From: an uncultured Chloroflexia bacterium | GTDB lineage: Bacteria; Chloroflexota; Limnocylindria; Limnocylindrales; CSP1-4 | Reading direction: 5' to 3' | Assembly (NCBI GenBank): GCA_963806175.1 | Contig: CAWDXA010000011.1 | Location: forward strand, 23,227-87,226 | Length of the DNA stretch: 64,000 nt | In this document: positions 29,511-38,312 of the stretch, piece by piece | How positions within the stretch are numbered: position 1 is the stretch's first letter | How the letters are laid out: every line of letters begins with the position of its first letter | The notes under the pieces: generated by a model | The model's input: the letters and a program-made list of their open reading frames with translations, nothing else | Told to the model about the DNA's origin: nothing | Databases searched by the model: none | Program-made: the position numbers and the translations under genes

Positions 29511-31159
29511 TCAGCCGGCTCGCTCGAGGGCGGACGACACCATCGCCTGGGCCTCGTCGATCAGCCGCTCCAGGTGCGCGTCGTCCTTGAAGCTCTCGGC
29601 ATAGATCTTGTAGACGTTCTCCGTGCCCGACGGGCGGGCGGCGAACCAGCCGTGCTCCGCCATGACCTTGAGGCCGCCGATCGAGGCGCCGTTGCCGGGC
29701 GCGGTCGTCAGCACCCGGGTGATCGGCTCACCGGCCAGGGTCGATGTGGTGACCTGCGCCGGGCGACAGTCGTGCCAGCGTCGCCTTCTGCTCGGGCGTG
29801 GCCGGCGCGTCGATCCGCCGGTAGACGGGCGCCCCGAACCGCTCGGTCAGCGCCGCATAGGTCCGGCCCGGGTCGCGGCCGGTGCGGGCGGTCAGCTCGG
29901 CCGCGAGCAGGCATGGGATGATCCCGTCCTTGTCGGTCGACCAGACGGTGCCGTCACGCCGGAGGAACGAGGCGCCGGCGCTCTCCTCGCCGCCGAACCC
30001 GAGCGACCCGTCGAGCAACCCCGCGACGAACCACTTGAAGCCGACCGGCACCTCCAGCAGCCGGCGCCCCAGCCCGGCGGCCACCCGGTCCAGCATCGCG
30101 CTCGAGACGAGGGTCTTGCCGACCGCCACGTCTGCCCCCCACGTGCGGGCCCCGCCGAACAGGTAGCTCACCGACGCCGACAGGAAGTGGTTCGGGTTGA
30201 GCAGGCCGTGCGCCGGGGGTGACGATGCCGTGGCGATCGGCGTCGGTGTCGTTGGCGAAGGCCACGTCGAACCGGTCGCGCAATTCGACGAGGCGGGCCA
30301 TCGCGTGCGGCGATGACGGGTCCATCCGGATCCGCCCGTCCCAGTCGAGGGTCATGAATCCGAACTGCGGATCCACCCGATCGTTGGTGATCGTCAGGTC
30401 CAGGCCGTAACGCTCGGCGATGGCCGGCCAGTAGGCCACGCTCGCGCCACCGAGCGGGTCGACGCCGAGCCGGAGGCCGGAGGCCCGGATCGCCCCCAGG
30501 TCGATGACCGAGTCGAGGTCGCCGACGTACGAACCGAGGTAGTCGTGGGCGACCGCCCCGGCTCGGGCCCGCTCGAACGGGACGCGCTCGACGCCTTCGA
30601 CCGCCGTCGCCAGCAGCGCGTTCGCCTGCTCGCCGATCCAGCCGGTGACATCGGTGTCCGCCGGGCCGCCGTTGGGCGGGTTGTACTTGAAGCCGCCGTC
30701 CTCGGGCGGATTGTGCGAGGGCGTCACGACGATCCCGTCCGCCAGGTGCTCGCGGCGTCCGCGGTTGTGGGTCAGGATCGCGTGCGAGATCACGGGCGTC
30801 GGGCGTGTAGCCGTCGGCCGCGTCGACGCGGACTTCAACGCCGTGCGCGCCCATGACCTCGAGCGCGCTGCGGAAGGCCGGCCCCGACAGGGCGTGCGTG
30901 TCGCGCCCGATGAACAGCGGCCCGTCGATCCCCTGTGCCTGCCGATACCGGCAGATCGCCTCGGTCGTGGCCACGATGTGGGCCTCGTTGAACGCCGTGT
31001 TCAGGGCGGAGCCGCGGTGCCCCGACGTCCCGAACGCGACCCGCTGCGCTCGGGATCGGTCGGATCCGGCCGGCGATCGTAGTAGGCACCGACGAGCCGG
31101 TCGACGTCCACCAGGATCGATGGGTCGGCCGGCCGCCCGGCCCGCTCGCTGATCGTCAT
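29511..31159 (-). pseudogene. pgm: phosphoglucomutase (alpha-D-glucose phosphate-specific) disrupted by at least 4 single-base frameshifts
   Basis: Collinear PGM similarity across four minus-strand frames: [27 protein letters not shown] / [35 protein letters not shown] / [49 protein letters not shown] / [35 protein letters not shown] / [50 protein letters not shown]; junctions near 31052, 30810, 30190 (G5 run), 29750. Confidence 0.7.
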
Positions 31160-31215
31160 CGCGTCCTCGCTGGCGTCTGGGGAGGCCTCGAAGGCGCCAG
31201 CCTACGACACGACGA

Positions 31216-31602
31216 TCAGGACCGCCGGCGGTACCAGACGAGCCCGCCGAGGTACGAGACACCGAAGATCGCGCCGAGCCTCGCGTACGTGTCCGCATCG
31301 CCACCGCTGAACTGGGTCACCAGGAACGCGCCGACCAGGACCACCGCCATGACCTGTGCCGCCAGGGACAGCGCCCGCAGGTTGATCGACGTCCAGCGCT
31401 CGTCACGGGGCAGGCCGGACAGCAGGCTCGCCATGTCCGATCGCGTCTGCAGCGCCCGCAGGGCGAGGGCGTAGCCGGCCACGATGGCGAACGCGAGGGC
31501 CGCCTGCCATGGACTGCCGTTCCGGCCGAGCTCGGCCGCCGCGATCAGGATCCCGAGCACGAACCCGACCGCCGGCACGAACCATCTAGACAGCGTCGTC
31601 AT
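31216..31602 (-). CDS. small integral membrane protein (4 predicted TM helices)
   Basis: Start [25 protein letters not shown] (ATG 31600-31602); overlaps upstream XRE gene by 17 nt. Confidence 0.5.
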   Translation of the reverse strand: MTTLSRWFVPAVGFVLGILIAAAELGRNGSPWQAALAFAIVAGYALALRALQTRSDMASLLSGLPRDERWTSINLRALSLAAQVMAVVLVGAFLVTQFSGGDADTYARLGAIFGVSYLGGLVWYRRRS

Positions 31603-31783
31603 GGAAGATCTCCTCGATGCGGCGGCCGAAGAAGCGCGCAATGGCGAAGGCCAGCGGCAGCGACGGCAGGTAGCGACCCGTCTCGATCGCATTGACGGTC
31701 TGACGCGAGACGCGCAACCCGTCGGCGAGCTGGCCCTGGCTCAGCCCCCGGCGCTCCCGGAGCTGGCGCATCTCGTTGGTCAT
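31586..31783 (-). CDS. XRE-family HTH transcriptional regulator (YozG-like, 65 aa)
   Basis: LSQGQLADGLRVSRQTVNAIETGRYLPSLPLAFAIARFF. Confidence 0.8.
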   Translation of the reverse strand: MTNEMRQLRERRGLSQGQLADGLRVSRQTVNAIETGRYLPSLPLAFAIARFFGRRIEEIFHDDAV

Positions 31784-31916
31784 GCCTGTAAAGCTACCTT
31801 GTCAGCAGGCAGGTGTCAAGGACCTTTGTCACCCCCGGCGGACCGAGGGCACGACGGCGTCCCGGGCGGCCAATTCAGGGCGTCGCCCGCTGCTATCGTG
31901 GCGCCGGAGGTCAGCC

Positions 31917-33503
31917 ATGTTCGTACCGCTCTCCGTGCTCGAGTTCCGCGATCGCGCCGCGATGTTCTTTGGCGACAAGGTCGGCGTCATCGACGGCGAT
32001 TCGCAGTTCACCTACCGCGCCTTTGCCACCCGCACGCATCGCCTGGCCAACGCGCTCGTCGAGCTCGGTGTCGCGCCCGGCGATCGAGTCTCATTCATCA
32101 CCTTCAACACGCACCACCTGCTCGAGGCCTATTTCGGCGTCATCGAGGCAGGCGCGGTGCTCAACCCGGTCAACATCCGCCTGGCCCCGCACGAGATCGC
32201 CTACATCCTCGATCACGCCGGTTCAAAGGTGGTCTTCTTCCACCGCGACTTCGCGCCGCTCGTCGAGGCGATCCGCCCGCAGCTGGCGACGCGGCCGACC
32301 CTGGTCGTCCTCGACGGCGACCCCGGCGGCCTGGCCGATCACGAGTACGAGGCGCTGCTCGCCTCCGGGTCACCCGACCCGCTCCATCCGGAGATCGATG
32401 AGAACGGGCTGGCCGAGCTCTTCTACACGAGCGGCACGACCGGCCTGCCAAAGGGCGTCGCGATGACCCACCGCGAGCTCTACCTCCACGCGATGTCCGC
32501 CCAGGTCGGGCTCGGCTTCACGGAGGACGACGTGGTGCTCCACGTCGTGCCGCTGTTCCACGTCAACGGCTGGGGCGTCCCGCACTTCCTGACCATGATC
32601 GGCGGGCGCCACGTCATGCTCCGGCGGTTCGATCCGACGACGTTGATGACGATGGTCGAGCGCCACCGGGTCACCCGGCTCCTGGGCGTCCCGACCATCT
32701 TCAACGCGGTGCTCCACAGCCGCGAGCGGTCGCGCTTCGACCTGTCGAGCCTCCGCCAGCTGATCATCGGCGGGTCGCCGGCGTCGCCCGAGCTCGTACG
32801 GGCGCTCGAGTCCGAGATCGGGACGCACGCGATGGTCGGCTACGGCCTGACCGAGACGTCGCCGATCATCACCCTCGCCCAACCACGACAGGTCCTGACG
32901 GACAGCGAGCCACCCGAACGCCGGCAGGAACGGCTGGCGATGACCGGCTGGGCGATCCCGGGTGTCAGGATCCGTGTCGTCGAGGCCGATGGCGCCGACG
33001 TCCGTCCCGACGGCGAGCAGATCGGCGAGATCATCGTTCGCGGCAACACCGTGATGGACGGCTACTACCACGATCCCGAGGCGACGCAGGAAACGATCCG
33101 CGACGGCTGGCTGCACACGGGCGACATGGCCACCATCGACGAAGCCGGCTACGTGATGATCAAGGACCGCTCGAAGGACATCATCATCAGCGCCGGCGAG
33201 AACATCTCGTCGGTCGAGATCGAGGTCGTCCTCGGTGCCCACCCGTCCGTCCTCGAGACGGCCGTGGTCGCCGCCCCCGACGACAAGCGCGGCGAGGTCC
33301 CGATCGGGGTGGTCGTCCTCAAGCCGGATGCGGAGGCGACCGCCAAGGAGCTCCGGGCCTGGTGCCGCGAGCGTCTCGCCGCGCACAAGGTCCCGCGCGA
33401 GATCCACTTCCGCGACGCGCTGCCCAAGGGCGGCACCGGCAAGATCCTCAAGGCCGAGTTGCGCGAGCCGTTCTGGGCCGGCATGGAGTCGCGGGTCCAC
33501 TGA
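31917..33503 (+). CDS. fatty-acid--CoA ligase / AMP-dependent synthetase
   Basis: Start MFVPLSVLEFRDRAAMFFGDK; AMP-binding motifs YTSGTTGLPKGV, GYGLTETS, GWLHTGD; C-terminal PKGGTGKILK. Confidence 0.8.
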   Translation: MFVPLSVLEFRDRAAMFFGDKVGVIDGDSQFTYRAFATRTHRLANALVELGVAPGDRVSFITFNTHHLLEAYFGVIEAGAVLNPVNIRLAPHEIAYILDHAGSKVVFFHRDFAPLVEAIRPQLATRPTLVVLDGDPGGLADHEYEALLASGSPDPLHPEIDENGLAELFYTSGTTGLPKGVAMTHRELYLHAMSAQVGLGFTEDDVVLHVVPLFHVNGWGVPHFLTMIGGRHVMLRRFDPTTLMTMVERHRVTRLLGVPTIFNAVLHSRERSRFDLSSLRQLIIGGSPASPELVRALESEIGTHAMVGYGLTETSPIITLAQPRQVLTDSEPPERRQERLAMTGWAIPGVRIRVVEADGADVRPDGEQIGEIIVRGNTVMDGYYHDPEATQETIRDGWLHTGDMATIDEAGYVMIKDRSKDIIISAGENISSVEIEVVLGAHPSVLETAVVAAPDDKRGEVPIGVVVLKPDAEATAKELRAWCRERLAAHKVPREIHFRDALPKGGTGKILKAELREPFWAGMESRVH

Positions 33504-33727
33504 CCGGGTCCGGCCGTCGGGCCCCACCGGCCGGGCGATCGTCGGGCTCGTCGGTGGCGCTACCTTCGGAGTACCTGGAGGCGTTCGCGATCCGCGGCCC
33601 CGTGGCCTGACGGCAGGCGGAGGGCACGCTCGCGGGACCGGATCCGCCTGGATTCGCGATACTGCGGGCGTGATCGTCCCCGAGCACCGCCCCCGTCAGC
33701 GGCCACGTCCACCCGGCGCGCTACCTG

Positions 33728-34186
33728 TTGCGCGCCAGGGACCTCGTCGATGCGCGCTACGCCGAGCCACTCGACGTCAACGACCTGGCCCGCGAGGCCG
33801 GCCTGTCGCGGGCCCACTTCAGTGCCGAGTTCCGGCGGGCCTTCGGCGAGCCGCCGCACGTCTATCTGCTGACCCGACGGCTCGAGCGGGCGGCTGCGCT
33901 GCTGCGGACCACCGATCACTCGGTCGCCGACATCTGCATGTCGGTCGGCCTGTCGAGCGTCGGCTCGTTCACCACGAGCTTCCGGCGGATGTTCGGGCTG
34001 TCGCCGACCGCGTACCGGGCGAGCCAGCCACCGGCCTCGCTGCTCGCGAGGATCCCCGCCTGCGTGGTCCACGCCTACAGCCGCCCGCAGAACCGGACGT
34101 TTCGAGAAGACGACGGCGGGGATGCCATCCGTAGCCTTGGCCACGTCGTCTTCCACCACTGCAGCTCAGGACGGAGGCCCCGATGA
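33728..34186 (+). CDS. AraC-family HTH DNA-binding protein lacking N-terminal sensor domain
   Basis: 152 aa = AraC-type double HTH only (LAREAGLSRAHFSAEFRRAFGEPPHVYL..VADICMSVGLSSVGSFTTSFRRMFGLSPTAYR); stop overlaps next start (ATGA at 34183-34186). Confidence 0.75.
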   Translation: MRARDLVDARYAEPLDVNDLAREAGLSRAHFSAEFRRAFGEPPHVYLLTRRLERAAALLRTTDHSVADICMSVGLSSVGSFTTSFRRMFGLSPTAYRASQPPASLLARIPACVVHAYSRPQNRTFREDDGGDAIRSLGHVVFHHCSSGRRPR

Positions 34187-34606
34187 TCAGGATCGCCAGC
34201 GCGCAACTGTGGGTGCGCGACCAGGATGAAGCACTCGACTTCTGGACCCGCAAGGTGGGCATGGAGGTCACGTCCGACGTGACCGTCCCCGAGATGGGGA
34301 ACTTCCGCTGGCTCGCCGTGTCGCCTCCCGGGCAGCCGGACATCGCCATCGTGCTGATGGCCATCCCCGGAGCCCCGGTCATGGACAGCGGGACCGCGGA
34401 CGACGTTCGAAGCCTGATGTCGCGCGGCTTCGCCGGCACCGTGTTCCTGACCACGGAGGACTGCCGGGCCTCGCTACGAGGAGCTGCGAGCGCGCGGCGT
34501 GGAGTTCACGGAGGAGCCGGAGGACCGGCCGTACGGCATCGACGCCGGCTTCCGGGACCCGTCCGGCAACTCCGTCCGGCTGACACAGGTGCGCCCGATG
34601 GCCTGA
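34183..34606 (+). CDS. VOC/glyoxalase-bleomycin-resistance-fold protein, apparent 1-bp frameshift near 34477
   Basis: MIRIASAQLWVRDQDEALDFWTRKVGMEV..FRWLAVSPPG.. then in +1 frame YEELRARGVEFTEEPEDRPYGIDAGFRDPSGNSVRLTQVRP; ORF-track ORF 34183..35382 continuation is Arg/Gly-rich junk. Confidence 0.6.
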
Positions 34607-34614
34607 CCGGGAGC

Positions 34615-34986
34615 CTAGCCCTGGCGGAGACCCAGGAAGTTCCCGTCCGGGTCCCGGAACCAGGCGCCGCGGGCAGGTCCCAGTTGGGCAATGTGGCCGG
34701 TCGTCTGGAGCGGGCCCTCGCTGTAGTCGACGAACTCGACGCCCCTGGCCTCGAGCTCGCGGACCGTCGCCTCGATGTCGGCGACCTCGAAGTGGGCGAG
34801 GGTATGGACCGTGGCGGTGGCCGGCCGGCGGAAGGTCGACAGCTCGCTCACGTCTCCGCACCGGAACCGGATCGAGGCCGCGTTCTCCCAGAGGATCGTC
34901 ATCCCGAGCGTGTCGCCATAGAACGCCCTGGCTACGTCGAGGTCGCTGACCGGAATGGTCGCCACGACCATGGTTGCGCCGTTCAT
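34615..34986 (-). CDS. VOC-family (glyoxalase/bleomycin resistance/dioxygenase fold) protein
   Basis: 123 aa; VARAFYGDTLGM..VHTLAHFEVADIEATVRELEARGVEF..AWFRDPDGNFLGL. Confidence 0.75.
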   Translation of the reverse strand: MNGATMVVATIPVSDLDVARAFYGDTLGMTILWENAASIRFRCGDVSELSTFRRPATATVHTLAHFEVADIEATVRELEARGVEFVDYSEGPLQTTGHIAQLGPARGAWFRDPDGNFLGLRQG

Positions 34987-35046
34987 CGTCGTCTCCCTGG
35001 AGGTTGGGCGGGCGGCCGCGCTCTGCGTGCGGCCGCCCGATTGCGC

Positions 35047-35331
35047 TCAGTAGGTCCGGGTCTCGGTCTCGTCTGTGATCCAGACCTGGGGTGCCCCGAC
35101 GACACCGCCGCGCGCCATCGCGGCCGGGAGCGACGGATCCTGGCTGAATGCCCGAGCTCCGTCGAGGGTGGCGAACTCGTTGACGATGACGATCACGTTG
35201 GGGTCGGACAGATCGCGGCTCAGGCTATGGCCGGTGGCACCGTGCTGGCGACGGACCGCCTCGTGTTCCGTGAAGACCGGGTACCAGCGGTCGTAGTCGT
35301 CGACGCGGTGCTGGACGATCACCTTGACCAT
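35047..35331 (-). CDS. small hypothetical protein (94 aa), divergent from MarR gene
   Basis: Start MVKVIVQHRVDDYDRWYPVF (ATG 35329-35331); no confident family assignment. Confidence 0.45.
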   Translation of the reverse strand: MVKVIVQHRVDDYDRWYPVFTEHEAVRRQHGATGHSLSRDLSDPNVIVIVNEFATLDGARAFSQDPSLPAAMARGGVVGAPQVWITDETETRTY

Positions 35332-35377
35332 GTTCAGGCTCTCCTGTCGGTCCGGCTCGACCGGGCACGCGCCGGTC

Positions 35378-35411
35378 GTTAGGTGCCTTACTATATAGTT
35401 AGGCACCTAAC
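35378..35411. promoter_or_regulatory. 34-bp near-perfect palindrome GTTAGGTGCCTTACTATATAGTTAGGCACCTAAC (MarR-type operator candidate)
   Basis: 10-bp perfect inverted arms GTTAGGTGCC/GGCACCTAAC around AT-rich core TATATAG; lies between divergent small gene and MarR gene. Confidence 0.55.
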
Positions 35412-35424
35412 TGTCAATAGCCGT

Positions 35425-35943
35425 ATGATGGTGCCCATGGACAGGATCCAGATGCCCGACGACTTCTACGAGCAGACGCCCGACGGGAACGTGCTGGCCA
35501 CGGAAGCCGTGATGAATACGATCCGCACGGCCGACCTGCTGTTCGACCGGATCGGGCGACTCCTGCGGCCACTCAACGTCAGTGCAGCCGGCGGGCTCGC
35601 TCTCGGGATCCTCCGTGATCGAGGGCCGATGTCGCCATCGGCGCTCAGCGACCGAATGATCGTGACGCGAGCGACCGTGACCGGCGTGCTCGATTCGCTC
35701 GAGCGACGGGGATTCGTCGCGCGTTCCGCCAACCCCTCCGACAGGCGCGGGCAGATCGCGCAGATCACGCCTGCCGGACGGATCGTGTTGCAGGAGCTTC
35801 GAACGCTGATCCATCGGCACGAGAAGGCCTGGGCCGGCGTGCTGACCGACCAGGAGCTCCGCACGTATGTCGAGCTGCTCCACCGGATCCAGGACGGCGT
35901 CGACCAAGAAGCGAAGAGGCGGGGAGGTAGCCCGGCCGTCTAG
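35425..35943 (+). CDS. MarR-family transcriptional regulator
   Basis: MMVPMDRIQ..LSDRMIVTRATVTGVLDSLERRGFVARSANPSDRRGQIAQITPAGR (MarR wHTH); ORF track gives upstream start 35383 that would overlap the palindrome. Confidence 0.8.
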   Translation: MMVPMDRIQMPDDFYEQTPDGNVLATEAVMNTIRTADLLFDRIGRLLRPLNVSAAGGLALGILRDRGPMSPSALSDRMIVTRATVTGVLDSLERRGFVARSANPSDRRGQIAQITPAGRIVLQELRTLIHRHEKAWAGVLTDQELRTYVELLHRIQDGVDQEAKRRGGSPAV

Positions 35944-36170
35944 GCTCGCTGGCCGACCCGGTTGCGGAGGCTCTCGGCGAACTCCGTGACGCGCGTGTCC
36001 ACCCGCCGTGTGACCGCGGGTCGGCTCTGCACTCCGGCTCTTCCTGCGGGACCTGGTTCCGGCGAGCGTCGCGCATCGAATCCGCGAGGACCTCGCGGCG
36101 TCGCTCCGCCTCGACCTCGAATGGTGTGTACGACCCGAACATGAGCCGATCCCTTCCTGCGGTCTCTAGT

Positions 36171-36186
36171 GTCGAATATATTCGAC
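36171..36186. promoter_or_regulatory. perfect 16-bp palindrome GTCGAATATATTCGAC in AT-rich (about 47 % GC) intergenic region upstream of second MarR gene; additional GTCAAGACA/GTAAAGACA repeats at 36241-36275
   Basis: Read directly. Confidence 0.4.
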
Positions 36187-36302
36187 CTGAAGAGTCTTGA
36201 TCTCGAACTACATACGTCACTGTAGCGGGCGGATCGCTCGATGTCAAGACATTCGACGTAAAGACACTTGACGTAGGCGTATCCGCGCGGGATACTCCCG
36301 CC

Positions 36303-36878
36303 ATGGGCGACGACGCTCCGGAGAGCGACAGACTCGACGACATGCTTGCCGTCTGGGCCCGCGAGATCCCGGACCTCGACCCGTTGACCGAGGGGATCGT
36401 CGAGCGCATCCAGGGCCTGGCCAAGAGCTTCGACCGGTCGATGGAGGAGACGCTCGCCCAGTACGCGCTCGATCGACGTGCGTTCCACCTGCTTGGACGG
36501 CTGCGGAGCTACGGGCCGCCCTACCGGCGTTCGGCGGGGCAGCTGGCCGAGGACATGCGTATTTCGAGCGGGGCGATGACCGCCCGGCTCGACCGGCTCG
36601 AGAAGGCCGGGCTCATCCGGCGCCTGCCGGACCCGAACGACCGCCGCGGGACGCTGGTCGAGCCGACCGAGGCCGGTCACGCGGCCTGGGACGCGACCGT
36701 CGGGACGCAGGCCAAGCGCGAGGCGATGTTCGCCTCGGTCCTCACCGAGCCGGAACGCGAGCAGCTCCATCGGCTCCTGCGGCAGCTCATGCGAGCCTTC
36801 CCGGACAAGAGCCACCACGACGACGCGTCCGATCGGGTGACGGCGCTCAACGTCCGGTCCGGGCGAGCCGACCGCTGA
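36303..36878 (+). CDS. MarR-family transcriptional regulator
   Basis: 191 aa; ..LAEDMRISSGAMTARLDRLEKAGLIRRLPDPNDRRGTLVEPTEAG. Confidence 0.85.
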   Translation: MGDDAPESDRLDDMLAVWAREIPDLDPLTEGIVERIQGLAKSFDRSMEETLAQYALDRRAFHLLGRLRSYGPPYRRSAGQLAEDMRISSGAMTARLDRLEKAGLIRRLPDPNDRRGTLVEPTEAGHAAWDATVGTQAKREAMFASVLTEPEREQLHRLLRQLMRAFPDKSHHDDASDRVTALNVRSGRADR

Positions 36879-36990
36879 AGGGGCGGGCCTCGAGGCGGAC
36901 CAGGATCTCGCACGATCGGTCGATCGCGGCTCGAGCCTCGTGGGAAGGCCCGAGCGCCGAGGTCCGCCGGGCCGTGGCCGCCGCGTCCGT

Positions 36991-38259
36991 TCAGTCGGGC
37001 CGACGCGCGGCGTACAGTCGGATCGCCCCGGTCACACCCTTGAGCTCTACTGGCCCGACCTCCTCGAAGGTCAGCCCGGTCCCGCCCGAGGCATCGACGA
37101 CTGCCTGGCTCACGATCACCTGTCCCGCCTGCGCGTAGTCGGCGATCCTCGACGCGAGGTTGACGGTCTGCCCGTAGTAGTCGCCCTCCTGGAAGATGAC
37201 CGATCCCGCGTGCAGGCCGACGTGCGCCGGGGGGAGGCCGGCGGCGACGATCGCGTCCACCATGTCCAGCGCGGCGAGCACGCCACTGCCGGGATTCGGG
37301 AAATGCAGCATCACGCCGTCGCCGAGCCACTTCACCGCCCGGCCAGCGCGCCTGATCGATTCGCGTTGGACGACCCGGCCGAGCTGCTCGGCCAGTTCCA
37401 CCGCGGCCACGTCCCCGTGCTCCTCCGTGAGGCGGGTGTAGCCGGTGATGTCGAGGAAGCACATCGCGGGGGGATGCTCGAGGCGACTGTGCAGGCCGGC
37501 CGCGGCCAGGGTCACCTCGAAGTCTTCAATGATCCCGCCGGTCCACGCGTGCGCCTGATGGAGGTGGTACATCCCGAGCAGGGCTCGCTCGGTCAGCGCA
37601 CTCATCCGGTCGCCGAAGTCGATCCCCAGGATCTCGTCGGGCCGCTTCCCGGCGCGCATGGCCGGCATGACGACCTCGGTCTGCCACATGTCCGCCTCCG
37701 TCTCCGCCACCCGGCGCAGGCCGTCGCTCTGGGCACGGATCAGCTGCTGGATCGCGGCGGGACGGAACCCGGCCTTGACCGCACTCTCGACCCAGTCGGC
37801 GAGCGGGAGCTCCTCGTCACGAATGCGATCGTCGGGCGACGGCGCGACGGATCCTGCGGCTTCGCGGATGAACAGCAGGAGTTCGAGCGGCACGCCCGTC
37901 CGCTCGGCCGTGGCCGCGAACGTGGCGCCGCTGAGCGCGGAGAACCGTTCGAACGCGGGAGCGTCGAGAAAGTCCATCGAGATCTGTCGGCTCCGGATCG
38001 CTGCACCGAGGCCGTCCAGCGGGATCCCCGCCGCGGCCAGGCCCTTCACCAGCCCGGCTCGGCGCAGATGGCCGGTCGTGAACCGATCGGAGGCGTCTGG
38101 CTTGATGATCCCCAGCTCGACAAACCGGCCAAGCTCAGCGGCGCTGACTCCGCTGCGCTCGGCCGCCTCGGCCAGCTCGTAGGTCTCCACGAGCGGAACT
38201 GTAGTCGGGCCCGGTTCGCCGAATGCGGTGACTGACGGGATGGCGCGGCTTCGGGGCAA
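36991..38259 (-). CDS. MerR-type HTH + helical domain + class III adenylate/guanylate cyclase (CHD) domain protein
   Basis: N-term YELAEAAERSGVSAAELGRFVELGII (MerR HTH); C-term CHD: AMCFLDITGYTRL..KWLGDGVMLHF..GLHAGSVIFQEGDYYGQTVNLASRIA. Confidence 0.75.
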   Translation of the reverse strand: MPRSRAIPSVTAFGEPGPTTVPLVETYELAEAAERSGVSAAELGRFVELGIIKPDASDRFTTGHLRRAGLVKGLAAAGIPLDGLGAAIRSRQISMDFLDAPAFERFSALSGATFAATAERTGVPLELLLFIREAAGSVAPSPDDRIRDEELPLADWVESAVKAGFRPAAIQQLIRAQSDGLRRVAETEADMWQTEVVMPAMRAGKRPDEILGIDFGDRMSALTERALLGMYHLHQAHAWTGGIIEDFEVTLAAAGLHSRLEHPPAMCFLDITGYTRLTEEHGDVAAVELAEQLGRVVQRESIRRAGRAVKWLGDGVMLHFPNPGSGVLAALDMVDAIVAAGLPPAHVGLHAGSVIFQEGDYYGQTVNLASRIADYAQAGQVIVSQAVVDASGGTGLTFEEVGPVELKGVTGAIRLYAARRPD

Positions 38260-38312
38260 CGTGCCGCACCGTATACGATGGCCGGCAAGACCTGCTGCTC
38301 AGCCGAGGAACC

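Noticed and set aside
33504-33727. Region upstream of AraC HTH gene, checked for a missing N-terminal sensor domain in another frame
   Set aside because: All three frames give Arg/Pro-rich non-protein-like translations; AraC gene is judged genuinely HTH-only.
35942-36142. Possible about 67-aa minus-strand small ORF with RBS GGAAGGGA next to the palindrome
   Set aside because: One frame runs antisense through the whole upstream MarR gene, the other needs a frameshift; no family similarity; left as an observation only.
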